This document shows positions 1-9,968 of a stretch of 64,000 nucleotides of DNA, in pieces. Made by a program: the position numbers and the translations under genes. Position 1 is the stretch's first letter. Every line of letters begins with the position of its first letter. The stretch covers positions 58,805 through 122,804 of IMG/VR virus record IMGVR_UViG_3300014059_000970. One strand, given 5' to 3'. Under the pieces are notes generated by a model that saw only the letters and a program-made list of their open reading frames with translations, had not been told where the DNA came from and ran no database searches. This DNA comes from a virus. Taxonomy: Duplodnaviria; Caudoviricetes.

Positions 1-276
1 AGCGGTTGTACTTTCTGCGTTAGCAACAGCTCCAAAACTTTCAATATTCAAATACCCGCCACTTAAAGTAGCTCCACTTATATTATAAGTGTTGCTAGTA
101 ACTGTATTATCATAATAATTATTAACAACAGGAACATATCCATCGCCGGCCTGCCATCCAGTACCCACTATTTCGCCAAAAGCGTCTTGAGTGCCTAGTC
201 TTACAACCGTAGTTATTGAAGTGGTGCCCTTATTAAAGGTAATACCAGAGATGTTTTGTTCGCCTTGTATAGCCAT
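1..276 (-). CDS. Putative virion/tailspike protein, N-terminal part (runs off window edge)
   Basis: Hand-translated open frame MAIQGEQNISGITFNKG...YLNIESFGAVA. It is G/T/N-rich, and NIESFGAV resembles the start of pectate-lyase-3-type beta-helix domains. Confidence 0.5.
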   Translation of the reverse strand, partial: MAIQGEQNISGITFNKGTTSITTVVRLGTQDAFGEIVGTGWQAGDGYVPVVNNYYDNTVTSNTYNISGATLSGGYLNIESFGAVANAESTTA

Positions 277-406
277 TGTGCTTATTATAATATGTAGGAT
301 ATTGGTTGTCATTTCTACATACTAGTACACCAATCTGCAATTTTTTGAAATTGACACATAACTAGTTACCACTAATAGCTTTACGCTTATTTAGCAGGTT
401 TTTATA

Positions 407-1105
407 CTAAAAAAGGCCCTTATATTTACAAACCTTATAACACTGCTCTACATATTGCTCGTCTGTCATAGCCATTTTACTATGGTTGATTAATTTATGA
501 ACCCATTGTACGTTTTCTTCGCTATATCCTTTAGAGCTGTCTTTTCTATCAAGAGAAGCTGTTTTTTCTGGATAAAAAGATAAAACTTGTCCAGATAATG
601 CGCATTTTCTTTCTTGTTTTAGAAATAAATCCCAAATATATTCTATAGAAATATTGAAGTAAATATTCCTTAATTCCGCATTTGCTCTAATTTGTGAAAA
701 ATGCCCTCCCGATATTTCTCCATGACCACACCAGTCTCTATGATTTTCTCTTGTTTGTCTATGTAAACATCCGCAAGATATCCTTTGTGTTATTTTTTGA
801 GCTTTTAATTTAATTTTGTTTCCGCATTCACATTCACATTCACACATGGTGTGATTTATATTATCGTATTTTTCTTTATATATATTAGTAACTGTTAATT
901 TACCAAATTTATCGTTAATTTTGGTTTTACATTTTTTACTAGATTTTCTAACTTCAATTTTATAATGATGTAAGTAATTTAGTATTGTTTGTCCTCCACA
1001 CCCATACATCTCCCCTATTTTATCTGACGATAAGCCTTGTTTTACATATAGGTCATTTAGTATTTTAGGAGTTATCTCCTTGATGAATTTTTTCTTTTTT
1101 GGCAT
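407..1105 (-). CDS. HNH-like homing endonuclease with N-terminal HTH and CxCxCG module
   Basis: FGKLTV, CECECG, SCGC and ASLDRKDSSKGYSEENVQWVH motifs. Paralogous to 37459 and 43550. Confidence 0.8.
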   Translation of the reverse strand: MPKKKKFIKEITPKILNDLYVKQGLSSDKIGEMYGCGGQTILNYLHHYKIEVRKSSKKCKTKINDKFGKLTVTNIYKEKYDNINHTMCECECECGNKIKLKAQKITQRISCGCLHRQTRENHRDWCGHGEISGGHFSQIRANAELRNIYFNISIEYIWDLFLKQERKCALSGQVLSFYPEKTASLDRKDSSKGYSEENVQWVHKLINHSKMAMTDEQYVEQCYKVCKYKGLF

Positions 1106-1110
1106 GATAT

Positions 1111-1122
1111 ATTATACACCAA
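1111..1122 (-). promoter_or_regulatory. GGTGTATAAT promoter, probably giving a leaderless transcript
   Basis: TTTGGTGTATAAT-ATATC-ATG on the minus strand. The motif recurs across the window. Confidence 0.6.
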
Positions 1123-1123
1123 A

Positions 1124-1717
1124 TTATTTTACTCTTACTAAATTTTTGTAAAGTGGAGTCATATAGGGAACCCATTTTTCGCTTATTTTTGACCAAGGAG
1201 AAAGTCCCAAAATAAACTGTTGTGGACCTGGCTCTTTAGGTTCTTTTAATAAGGTCATATTTGCCTCTTTTGGAGTTCTATTAGCCTTTCTTCTATTACA
1301 GGTCATACAGCAAGTTACTATATTTGTCCAATTTGTTGGGGTTCCCTTATAGCCTTTTTTCTTCCAAGTTTCTCTAGGAACCACATGGTCGTAAGTAAGA
1401 TGCTCTCCATCTATTGATTGGTGACCGCAATAACAACAAGTCATCTGGTCTCTTAAAAAGACGTGTTTTCTAGAAAACGACAGCTTTTTCTTGTCCTGCC
1501 TAATATAGACCGGAGAACGAACTACTGCTGGAATAGGAAAATGTCTTCCACCACAAGTTAGAACTGAATCGTCATAGTAATCTATAACTTCAAGTCCTTC
1601 TCTTGGATTCTCCATATTAACAATTGCTTGAACTACCGCTCGTTTCCATTCTATTGTTGCCAAGGCACTAAAATCTGCGTTAAGCATCAGTACCCGTCTG
1701 TTGTGCTGTTTCCTCAT
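1124..1717 (-). CDS. HNH endonuclease (McrA-like)
   Basis: VLMLNAD, RDQMTCCYCG, LTYDHVVP and NIVTCCMTCNRRK motifs. Confidence 0.85.
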   Translation of the reverse strand: MRKQHNRRVLMLNADFSALATIEWKRAVVQAIVNMENPREGLEVIDYYDDSVLTCGGRHFPIPAVVRSPVYIRQDKKKLSFSRKHVFLRDQMTCCYCGHQSIDGEHLTYDHVVPRETWKKKGYKGTPTNWTNIVTCCMTCNRRKANRTPKEANMTLLKEPKEPGPQQFILGLSPWSKISEKWVPYMTPLYKNLVRVK

Positions 1718-2345
1718 TAAGTCTATCCAATATCTTTTGAATTATTGGCTCCCTTACAATGTCCGAGTTATTTAAATTAACCATTCCTATGCCTTCAATG
1801 TCATACAATTTAGACATTAAAATCTGCATTCCGCCCTGTTTTTCTTTGAAAAGGTCGCTCTGGAATATGTCTCCAGATAGTACCATTTTACTACCGTAGC
1901 CCATTCTTGTCAAGCCCAAAATTAGCTGGTCATAGGTACAATTCTGAACTTCGTCAAAAATAATGAAAGAGTTTTTGAAAGTAAGACCGCGCATATATCC
2001 GAATGGAACTATGTCGATTACTTTTGTAGCAACCATAGTCTCTATCTCTTTCTTGGTTGCGACTTCAGATATAATGTCCATTACTGGTCTGATATATGGA
2101 GTTAGATTTTCTTCTATATTTCCAGGTAAGTGTCCGGTTGGTAGGTCGGACTGTACTAATGGTCTGCTGATTATAAGTTTGTCGTATTTTTTAGCAAGTA
2201 GGGCGTTGATACCAAACAATGTTGCTAAAAATGTTTTTCCTGTTCCTGCTGGTCCGTTACAAAATGTTATTTTATTTTTTAATAATGAATCTAAATATAG
2301 TTGTTGGTTATCTGTTTTGGGTTGAATAGTATTCTTGTTCTTCAT
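1680..2345 (-). CDS. phoH: PhoH-like ATPase
   Basis: GPAGTGKT, GYMRGLTF, DEVQN, LTRMG, GDIFQSDL and DIVR motifs. Confidence 0.95.
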   Translation of the reverse strand: MKNKNTIQPKTDNQQLYLDSLLKNKITFCNGPAGTGKTFLATLFGINALLAKKYDKLIISRPLVQSDLPTGHLPGNIEENLTPYIRPVMDIISEVATKKEIETMVATKVIDIVPFGYMRGLTFKNSFIIFDEVQNCTYDQLILGLTRMGYGSKMVLSGDIFQSDLFKEKQGGMQILMSKLYDIEGIGMVNLNNSDIVREPIIQKILDRLNEETAQQTGTDA

Positions 2346-2928
2346 TAAAACGTACTTTCCATTCGTTGTTACCTTCTTCTGTTGTTTTTCTTACGCTTTT
2401 AATCCTTGGCAACTCTTCTGTAGTTATGTTCATATATTGAAGAATTGACACTACAGACTGTCCTATTCCGTCACAAATATCTATCTCGTATGATAATTTT
2501 AGATGGTTTTTGTCTTCAAAGTATTCTTCAAAAAATTGATTTTCTTTTTCGACTTCTTCTAAACACCACTTTATTCCTTCATAAGAATATTCTGGTCTTT
2601 CTCTTTTTTTATGCCATCCGTTTGTTTTATACGCTATATATCTAGAAATGGCCTGAAGAATGCTATCTTCTCTATATAACCATATTAGATAGTTGACCTG
2701 CATATTACTGTCAAAAAATGCCCGTAGCTGGTCAAAGCCGACAATTTTTACTCCAAACACAGAATTCTCTGTCTGAAATTTTCTAATCCACTCATGTTTA
2801 TTATCGCCAAATTTCATGGATTTGTTAAAGAATTCTTTAGGAAAACCACATCTATTAGTAGATGATAGCATATCGCAAAGATATGTACTTCCTGTACGAC
2901 TACCACAAATTATAGCAAATTTTTTCAT
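2308..2928 (-). CDS. Stf0-family sulfotransferase
   Basis: SRTGSTYL (PAPS 5'-PSB loop), VFGVK, REDSILQAIS and LSYE. Start placed at MKKF. Confidence 0.8.
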   Translation of the reverse strand: MKKFAIICGSRTGSTYLCDMLSSTNRCGFPKEFFNKSMKFGDNKHEWIRKFQTENSVFGVKIVGFDQLRAFFDSNMQVNYLIWLYREDSILQAISRYIAYKTNGWHKKRERPEYSYEGIKWCLEEVEKENQFFEEYFEDKNHLKLSYEIDICDGIGQSVVSILQYMNITTEELPRIKSVRKTTEEGNNEWKVRFNEEQEYYSTQNR

Positions 2929-3980
2929 AGAGACTCTATATGGATTAGGACTTCCTTTACAAAAAGTTCTGCATTGAGCCAAGTTTTATCCATGTTTTTA
3001 AGATATTCATGAGCTTCTTCGGCTCGTTCAGCTAGGGCTGGAATTTCTGACGGTTCTGTAAAATACAGTGGATAGTCTTCCCCTAAGTATTCTACAACCG
3101 CAGGATTTTTATTAATTATGATAGGAGTGTTTCTTACAATACAATCTAAAACGCCATTACTTGCGCTAGCATCAAACACTTCCATAACCACAATATTACT
3201 AGATAAATAAGAATCGTAATAGCTAGCAGGAATAAACGTCATACTGCTATATCCACCGTATTCTTGTCTAATGGCGGAATAATATTTTCTAACCCTTTCA
3301 TCAAATTCCTTAACCCAAACTTTATCTGTCCATAGTCTTAATTTGTGGAATTTTGACAATGGAATTTGGTTAATAAGCTGTGTGTTTCTTAAATAATATC
3401 CAACTTGGATTAAGGTCTTGTGCTTGTTTCTATTGTATTTTTCTGGAGTCCATTTTAGCTTTGGTACTGCGCATGGATGCTTTAATACTACAATTGGGCA
3501 CTTTAGATGTTTTCTTAAGAAGACCGCTAGATGTTCGCTTAAAGCGAAAGCTAATTTTAGATTTTTGGCACTTTCAATAAATTCTGGTTTTTTAAAGACC
3601 AGCTCTAGATTTTCTCTTTGGTTGCCAAAATATGGAATTGTAGGGGGGTGATGAAATACGCCGACCCAAGGTTCTGTATATACTGTTGGATTATCCTTAT
3701 AGCAGAAATTTTGTTCAATAAAGTCGTCAAATAAGATTCCTTTACGAGAACTAATAGTTTCGAGATATTTAAAAACATAGGGCCATCCACTACGATGAAA
3801 TCCTACGCCGATTGCGTCTTCACAATCTCTAACTAATTTTATTGATTTATATTTATGACTTCCTGTTCCACTTCCACTACCGCCTGGACAGCATCCATTT
3901 TTAAGCCTACATATTAGTTTAGCTAGAAAAGTCATGTTAACTTTCTCAATATTTTGAATGTATATATTAATATCTCTCAT
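2925..3980 (-). CDS. Hypothetical protein, possibly GT-B-like
   Basis: 351-aa ORF. The C-terminal ASASNGVLDCIVRNTPIIIN...EYLGEDYPLY loosely resembles a GT-B nucleotide-sugar-binding segment. Confidence 0.45.
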   Translation of the reverse strand: MRDINIYIQNIEKVNMTFLAKLICRLKNGCCPGGSGSGTGSHKYKSIKLVRDCEDAIGVGFHRSGWPYVFKYLETISSRKGILFDDFIEQNFCYKDNPTVYTEPWVGVFHHPPTIPYFGNQRENLELVFKKPEFIESAKNLKLAFALSEHLAVFLRKHLKCPIVVLKHPCAVPKLKWTPEKYNRNKHKTLIQVGYYLRNTQLINQIPLSKFHKLRLWTDKVWVKEFDERVRKYYSAIRQEYGGYSSMTFIPASYYDSYLSSNIVVMEVFDASASNGVLDCIVRNTPIIINKNPAVVEYLGEDYPLYFTEPSEIPALAERAEEAHEYLKNMDKTWLNAELFVKEVLIHIESL

Positions 3981-4007
3981 ACTATTATGTACACTCTTTT
4001 TGAGTTA

Positions 4008-6458
4008 TTAACAGGCGGAATATCCACAATCTTTACATGATTTACATCCATCTATTCTAACTAACCTACCAGAACACTCTGGACATTCTTCTCCCTTTAC
4101 TTCTGTATCATCAGTTATATATTTTTTCAAAGCCCTAGCAATGCTCTTTGAGAACGATTGAAGGTCGCCCTTTGACTTTTCTAATTGATGAACTATAAAT
4201 TCTACAGATGTGCCATGTCTTAATCCAGCACTAATAAGTCTGGTCGTAGTATCTTCTTCGTCGGTGGTAAATGCGCCAATTGGTGACAGTTCTGTTTCGT
4301 CATCAAATTCGGCCTTATACTTACCTCTGCCCCTTTTAACAATTTTGCCCTTCTTAACTTTCTTGTCTACAACGCCATTTCTACCAGCAAAAACTTCATA
4401 GGGCTGGCCTTCATAAAGTCCCACAAGAACGAAGTAGTCTTTGCCTTGAACCTTAATATGATAAACGTCGCACTCTAATTCTTTTGGTCTTTTCGGTGCG
4501 TCTGTTTTTTGTATACCAGTTACTTTAGTTGACTTACTAGAAAGTACGGCGGTCATCGTTCCTTCGCGGTATGTTGTAACTCCCTTAACTCCACTTTTCC
4601 AAGCCTTGGTATAAACATCCTTGAAGTCTTCATATGGATAGTCGGCTGGGAAATTTAAGGTCTTACTAATGGCCGAATCAATATACTTTGCAAAAATAGA
4701 CAAGGTAGAAATATGGGCGTCTACTCCTAAATTCATAGCAACCGTTGCCCATTCAGCATTTTCATCCCATTGGCCCGATTTCTTTAGTTCTGTAATACCA
4801 TAGTCTTCTACCCATTCTTCTTTAGTTAGGCCACGATTGCGGTCAATCTTATAGATAGAACCGTTAAATTCTTTAATTAGAATATCTTCGTCACCCTCTT
4901 TTACCCACTTCCAATCTTGGCGTGATGTATATTGTTTATTTGTCCAATCAATTCCGCTTGGTATTTCTAGACCTTCTGGTGAATGGTCTACAATAAATGT
5001 CCTATAGTACCCCTTATCAAAGATAGGCTCACAACCAGATGAGATTAGGTTAGCAAATACGGAAGTGTTACCGGTCGGCTGAATAGAACTAACATGGGAA
5101 TTGCGCATACCAAAAGACTTAATAAGGTTGCGAGTCTCCCAACTTAAAATCTTAACAAATTGTCCGGCAAGATACTTTTCTTCGTCATATTCTGGAAACG
5201 AACCCTTTTCTTTAGCTAGTTTAGCAGACGCCGAATATTCTCTATTTGTCTTAAACTTCATTAGGTCTTCTGTTAACTCTAGAGCTTTTTCAGAACCATA
5301 GCCGACCCTCATCATCATTAAAGCAGAAGCATATCCAACAACGCCAAGACCAATTCTGCGCTTCTTAAGCATTGTTTCTTTTTGCTCTGTCAGCGGTACG
5401 TTGGTTACATCATTAACATTATCTAGAAATCTAACGGCTACATCAATATATTCGCCCAACTTATCATAGTCCCAATTATCACCTTTTACGAACTGGGCCA
5501 GATTAAGAGAGCCTAATAAACATACGCCATGCTTTGGTAAAATCTGTTCGCCACAAGGATTAGTGGCGTTAATGAATTCTGTATACCATAAGTTGTTCAT
5601 CCTATTCATCGTGTCAACAAATAGAACGCCCGGCTCATTTCTTACATAAGTGCGATGAGTGATAAGTTCCCAAAGATAGCGGGCCTTAACTTTTTTATAG
5701 ACAACTACTTCATAGTCTTCTTCCCACTTATCTAGATTTCCGTCCCAATACAATTTGTATTCTTCTGGATATTTTTTATAATCTGGATAGACCAAACGCC
5801 AGTCTGTGTCTTTTTCTACAGCTTCCATAAATCTGTCATTAATAAGCACAGACATATTGAATTTAGATAGTTTACCGGCAGTTTCCTTAACGGTAATAAA
5901 TTCTTCAACATCTGGATGCCAAATTGACATCGTAACCATTTGGGCACCTTTGCGAATAAAAGCCTTTTCTCCTTTACCAGACTTATTTCCACTTCCAGCC
6001 GTTATAATTTCAGATGATTTATCCCATAGTTCTAGAAACTTAACAGCGCCTGGAGATTGGTTAGCAATACCGGCAATATTTGCGCCCCTTGGTCGCATAA
6101 CATCAGCACAGAACCCGTATCCACCTTCTGACTGTAAAGTTTTAGCTTGTCTAAAAACTGCATTATATATTCCCTCTATAGAATCTTGGTCCTCGCCGGT
6201 AAAACCGTCTACATAACAATTAAGAAGAGTGGTTCCTTTTAGTCCACGACCAGCATTAGATAGAACCCTTCCACCTGGAATGAATTTAAAACCTTCTAAA
6301 AGATTATAGAATTTCTCTGTCCAAAATTCCTTATCTTTTTCTGGTTCTGCTATCGCCCTAGCAACAACCCTAAATGTATCATCAACTGTCTCTTCACCTT
6401 CAAATTTATACTTACTTGCCCATTGGGACTTGCTAAACTCATTTGTAAATGCTGTCAT
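4008..6458 (-). CDS. nrdJ: Adenosylcobalamin-dependent class II ribonucleotide reductase
   Basis: PGGRVL, NCYV, TNPCGEQ, CLLGSLNL, QPTGNTS, AISKT and a C-terminal CPEC...CKDCGYSAC. No beta-subunit gene is adjacent. Confidence 0.92.
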   Translation of the reverse strand: MTAFTNEFSKSQWASKYKFEGEETVDDTFRVVARAIAEPEKDKEFWTEKFYNLLEGFKFIPGGRVLSNAGRGLKGTTLLNCYVDGFTGEDQDSIEGIYNAVFRQAKTLQSEGGYGFCADVMRPRGANIAGIANQSPGAVKFLELWDKSSEIITAGSGNKSGKGEKAFIRKGAQMVTMSIWHPDVEEFITVKETAGKLSKFNMSVLINDRFMEAVEKDTDWRLVYPDYKKYPEEYKLYWDGNLDKWEEDYEVVVYKKVKARYLWELITHRTYVRNEPGVLFVDTMNRMNNLWYTEFINATNPCGEQILPKHGVCLLGSLNLAQFVKGDNWDYDKLGEYIDVAVRFLDNVNDVTNVPLTEQKETMLKKRRIGLGVVGYASALMMMRVGYGSEKALELTEDLMKFKTNREYSASAKLAKEKGSFPEYDEEKYLAGQFVKILSWETRNLIKSFGMRNSHVSSIQPTGNTSVFANLISSGCEPIFDKGYYRTFIVDHSPEGLEIPSGIDWTNKQYTSRQDWKWVKEGDEDILIKEFNGSIYKIDRNRGLTKEEWVEDYGITELKKSGQWDENAEWATVAMNLGVDAHISTLSIFAKYIDSAISKTLNFPADYPYEDFKDVYTKAWKSGVKGVTTYREGTMTAVLSSKSTKVTGIQKTDAPKRPKELECDVYHIKVQGKDYFVLVGLYEGQPYEVFAGRNGVVDKKVKKGKIVKRGRGKYKAEFDDETELSPIGAFTTDEEDTTTRLISAGLRHGTSVEFIVHQLEKSKGDLQSFSKSIARALKKYITDDTEVKGEECPECSGRLVRIDGCKSCKDCGYSAC

Positions 6459-6781
6459 TAATCTTCCAGTTTATTCTTCTTTCTTATCTTTTGGATGTGA
6501 TTTTCAACTTCTTTCAAACCTTCCGTGATTTCTTTATCAGTAGCGGCCGGCTCTACTTTCTTCTTTTTCTTCTTTAATCTGCCACTATTTCTGTTGTAGT
6601 AGCTTTCTAAATCTTCTGCTCTGTTTGTAACAAATGACCTAGTTTTTCCAGTTGGATTGCCCTGTGCGTCCCTAACTTGGATAACTAATTCAAATTGATG
6701 TTCTTGCTTTTGGTCTGAACCGATGTTTATCATTTTGTCCTCGTACTGTGATTTAAAAAAGGTATGCGATAATGATTGCAC
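6458..6781 (-). CDS. Hypothetical protein
   Basis: ORF abutting the nrdJ start. True start uncertain. Confidence 0.5.
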   Translation of the reverse strand: MQSLSHTFFKSQYEDKMINIGSDQKQEHQFELVIQVRDAQGNPTGKTRSFVTNRAEDLESYYNRNSGRLKKKKKKVEPAATDKEITEGLKEVENHIQKIRKKNKLED

Positions 6782-6936
6782 TAGAAATGTGTGTTAAACA
6801 AAAATAATTGTCGTTGTTTCTTTAATAATAAGTGCCAGATTGTGTTGCTCCAAGAACATACCTTTTAGCGGAAGTGGACGATGCCATTACTCGCTTCTTT
6901 AATCTTGGTTGTACTAATATATACACTTTGGGAGCG

Positions 6937-7524
6937 TTAACAACTTTTGATTTTCTTAATTTTTTCTAGAGTTTCCTCGTCTGGCTCTATACATACAACT
7001 TTTACATTTTTCATAAGGTGTGACAGTATCTCGAATTGCGTGTCGTACTCTAAATTTTTAGTCATTTCTGCTTTATTTGCATTTAAGAAGTATATTTCAG
7101 ATATGCCGGCTTGATACATGTATTGTAGACAAGAACAGCATGGTGGTCCGGTAATATATGCCTTTGCTCCATTACAAGATATGCCGTTTTTGGCACAGTT
7201 TAATATGGCGTTGTGTTCGCTGTGAATCATAAACGGGTATTTGTCCGGCCTTAAATTAGGTAATACGTCGTCGTCTATGTTTCTGATAAAACTATTATAT
7301 CCCGTTCCTATTATTGTTTTATCTCTAACTAAAATGCATCCACATTTAGTCTGCGCGTCTAAACTTCTATTAGATACAAGGTATGCTTGTAATATAAAAT
7401 CTATGTCCCAACTATTCCTACTTACTTTTGTTCTTGAATTTGCCCACTGAAATATTTGTGTCTTGGCATTTTCAGATAGTTCTTCTGTACTCCATAGTTC
7501 TGAGTTCACCATAACTTTGTTCAA
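6937..7524 (-). CDS. dCMP deaminase
   Basis: RSLDAQTKCGC, GYN, HSEHNAI and PPCCSC zinc-deaminase motifs. Confidence 0.9.
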   Translation of the reverse strand: MNKVMVNSELWSTEELSENAKTQIFQWANSRTKVSRNSWDIDFILQAYLVSNRSLDAQTKCGCILVRDKTIIGTGYNSFIRNIDDDVLPNLRPDKYPFMIHSEHNAILNCAKNGISCNGAKAYITGPPCCSCLQYMYQAGISEIYFLNANKAEMTKNLEYDTQFEILSHLMKNVKVVCIEPDEETLEKIKKIKSC

Positions 7525-7825
7525 AATCCTGTATTGTTAAATCCTTACCAGTAGCCCTTACGGCTTCGTAGTATTGTTGTCCTTCTTTCCAATATTTAAT
7601 CCAACCCAATTGTTGTCTAATCTTTCTCTTTAGAAGTTTTTCTTCTCTTGGTGTTGGGTGATGTGCAACTACAACGGCCTCTTCTGGTTTGGCCTTGCAC
7701 TTTTGTATAGCAGAAATAATCGTAGACACCAGCGTTATAATAAGCATTATAGTCGCTGGGTCCACGAAAACTTTTTGTTCTTTTACAAGTTTATCTTGTA
7801 CTTTTTGGGCAATGTCTTCAATCAT
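7472..7825 (-). CDS. Hypothetical protein (paralog of 7825-8154)
   Basis: Shares CKxxPEEA, PT, LG.W and YY.AV with its neighbour. Confidence 0.6.
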   Translation of the reverse strand: MIEDIAQKVQDKLVKEQKVFVDPATIMLIITLVSTIISAIQKCKAKPEEAVVVAHHPTPREEKLLKRKIRQQLGWIKYWKEGQQYYEAVRATGKDLTIQDFEQSYGELRTMEYRRTI

Positions 7826-8154
7826 TACTTTGCTTGGTATGCTTCTTGGACATCGTTGACATTTGCGCCGTAACCAGCCTTTAGTACGGCATCATAATAT
7901 TCGCCACCGTCTTTTCTGTTCTTCCAGAAACCTAGCTCATTACGAACAGCCTTCCTAAGCACAACCTTTTGTACTCTTGTTGGGTTGTTTACATCAAGTG
8001 TTGCTTGTTCTGGTGTCTTCTTGCATTCCTTTAGGGCATTTACTATTTGCATAACAATTGCCATAATTTGTTGAATTGTTTCTTCATTTAGTTCAAACTT
8101 TACAGTTGAAGACTTCTTTAGGTTGTCAACTGCCTTTTGTACTATGCTTAACAT
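7825..8154 (-). CDS. Hypothetical protein (paralog of 7472-7825)
   Basis: Shares the same motifs as 7472-7825 and is coupled to it by a stop/start overlap. Confidence 0.6.
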   Translation of the reverse strand: MLSIVQKAVDNLKKSSTVKFELNEETIQQIMAIVMQIVNALKECKKTPEQATLDVNNPTRVQKVVLRKAVRNELGFWKNRKDGGEYYDAVLKAGYGANVNDVQEAYQAK

Positions 8155-8158
8155 TTTA

Positions 8159-8803
8159 TTATTCTCCGGTTGGGGTAAATAGGTATTGAATTCTAGGACT
8201 TAAAGCGATATGTCCAGGCTCTGTAGCCTCGTCGCTCTTATTATTAAGTAAATCAAAATTATTCATATTAAATGAATAGGCAACTGCGGTACTACAAACA
8301 GGATAAACTATTGCCCCTAATTTATCATTCATTAAATGCTCTTTAGACATAAATCTAAAAAACACTAATTTTTGTTTAATCATCCACCAAATTCGCTTCC
8401 ATCCATAAGGCAATCCGGTCATCTTTCTCATTATACGGGTAACTGACTTGCCAACAAAGTCTTTTTGGTAAATATTAACTTCTTTTGTCTCTGGATTAAA
8501 TATCATAGTAGTAAAACTAGGAATTGGACGATAAATGTCTATTAGTCCAGAATGTTTAGAAACCTCAACTTCTAAATTAACAGTTCTGCCTCCATAACCT
8601 TCCCTAAATTCAACGCATTCTAATATTCCCTCATCAGTATTAGCGTCTCCATTAGACCAAGAAGCAATTGCAACATGTGAATAAGAACTATCAGATTGTG
8701 ACGATATAATTCTAGAAACCCATCCTTGTCCTCTAAATAGTAAAACGTCTCCTTCGTTTATGAATTTTTTAATTTCCTTGTACGGGAGGAATTGTTTTTC
8801 CAT
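8159..8803 (-). CDS. Permuted papain-like NlpC/P60 amidase (YiiX/YebB-like)
   Basis: GDVLLFRG, YSHVAI, GLPY, VCSTAVAYS and EPGHIA, with His preceding Cys. Confidence 0.8.
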   Translation of the reverse strand: MEKQFLPYKEIKKFINEGDVLLFRGQGWVSRIISSQSDSSYSHVAIASWSNGDANTDEGILECVEFREGYGGRTVNLEVEVSKHSGLIDIYRPIPSFTTMIFNPETKEVNIYQKDFVGKSVTRIMRKMTGLPYGWKRIWWMIKQKLVFFRFMSKEHLMNDKLGAIVYPVCSTAVAYSFNMNNFDLLNNKSDEATEPGHIALSPRIQYLFTPTGE

Positions 8804-9137
8804 TTTGTAGTTGATTCACTTGTACTTCTAGTTGGTTAATCGTTTTTTGCTGAAATGAATTTTCTAATTCTATTGGAGCTAATGTTAGTTTATTATGATA
8901 AAGCATAGCAGAAACAGCAACACAGGCCACTCCGACCCATGCTGCTATTGTTGCCCAGTCTGTTTTATTTAAAGTATTGGATTTTTCTGTGAAAGTATTA
9001 AATGATATTATCAGTCCGCCAACATCGTCCTTGATGTTTTCAAGTTTTGTATCAATACTAACTACTTCGTTTTCTAAATCATTTAATCTACTATCAACAT
9101 TCCGGTTATTGTTATGCGGTCTTACCATTGTAGTCAT
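8769..9137 (-). CDS. Coiled-coil protein with one transmembrane helix
   Basis: Heptad-rich regions flank WATIAAWVGVACVAVSAML. Confidence 0.55.
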   Translation of the reverse strand: MTTMVRPHNNNRNVDSRLNDLENEVVSIDTKLENIKDDVGGLIISFNTFTEKSNTLNKTDWATIAAWVGVACVAVSAMLYHNKLTLAPIELENSFQQKTINQLEVQVNQLQNGKTIPPVQGN

Positions 9138-9954
9138 TTAGGCTACCAGAAGGACCACCGTAGCGATAAACAAATTCGCCCTTCAAACCGTAGTTTGTTG
9201 AACTGTTTTGAGTTACTTCATCAGTGCCCCATCCAGCGAAATCATTTGATTGTGTTGGAGGTGTGCTAAACTTACCACTTGCTAGAACAAGATTACCTGC
9301 CCTAATTGCAGTTGCTACCTTTTGTGTACGAACAGCCTTAACACTGTGTACCTTTGAACGACCATAATCTGAAGATGCTGACATTAGTTTAGTATTAGCA
9401 ACTCCGTGAGTTTGTCCAGTTCCCTTCATAAAGATGAAGTTTCTGCGGTCTTGACTTGCCACATCTCCATTTCCATTAGGGCCAGTACGAATTCTGATTT
9501 CTGTAGCTCCGCCGGTTGCGTCATATACATATGGAGTATTTAACACAAAAGCACTAACATTAGAAATGCCTACAACCCTATGGATACCGTCGTATATACC
9601 AGTAGTGGCACTTCCTGTAGAAAGGTTTCTAACATAGATTGGGTCTCCGACTACATATCCTCCTGAACTTATATTTATAAGAGCTAGTCCGGCCCATTGA
9701 CCAGTGCCGTTTGTTATTCCAGTAGCTGTTGCAGAAGACGCTGTAACTAGAGAGCCCCAATCAGCTTGTCCTAAATCAACACCAGCAACAACTTTAGTAT
9801 TTAGATTACTACCTTGTTGGTATAGTACATTACGAAAGTTTTCGTTTGATGCTGAATTTGACTTCATTGAACCACCATCTACTCTAGTAGATGAAGCACT
9901 AATACTAGTTCCGTTAGCTTGTTTGTATGGTCCGCCAGTGTATAATAAACTCAT
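9112..9954 (-). CDS. Putative virion structural protein (paralog of 9969-10763)
   Basis: G/S/T-rich. Shares LYTxGPYKQxNG, ASDYGR, ATAIR and KGE...R.GG with its neighbour. Confidence 0.55.
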   Translation of the reverse strand: MSLLYTGGPYKQANGTSISASSTRVDGGSMKSNSASNENFRNVLYQQGSNLNTKVVAGVDLGQADWGSLVTASSATATGITNGTGQWAGLALINISSGGYVVGDPIYVRNLSTGSATTGIYDGIHRVVGISNVSAFVLNTPYVYDATGGATEIRIRTGPNGNGDVASQDRRNFIFMKGTGQTHGVANTKLMSASSDYGRSKVHSVKAVRTQKVATAIRAGNLVLASGKFSTPPTQSNDFAGWGTDEVTQNSSTNYGLKGEFVYRYGGPSGSLNDYNGKTA

Positions 9955-9968
9955 TTATCATTCTCCAA

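Noticed and set aside
4008-6458. Intein or intron in nrdJ (also checked thyA and ligase)
   Set aside because: Lengths are normal, motifs are contiguous and no splice-junction signatures were seen.
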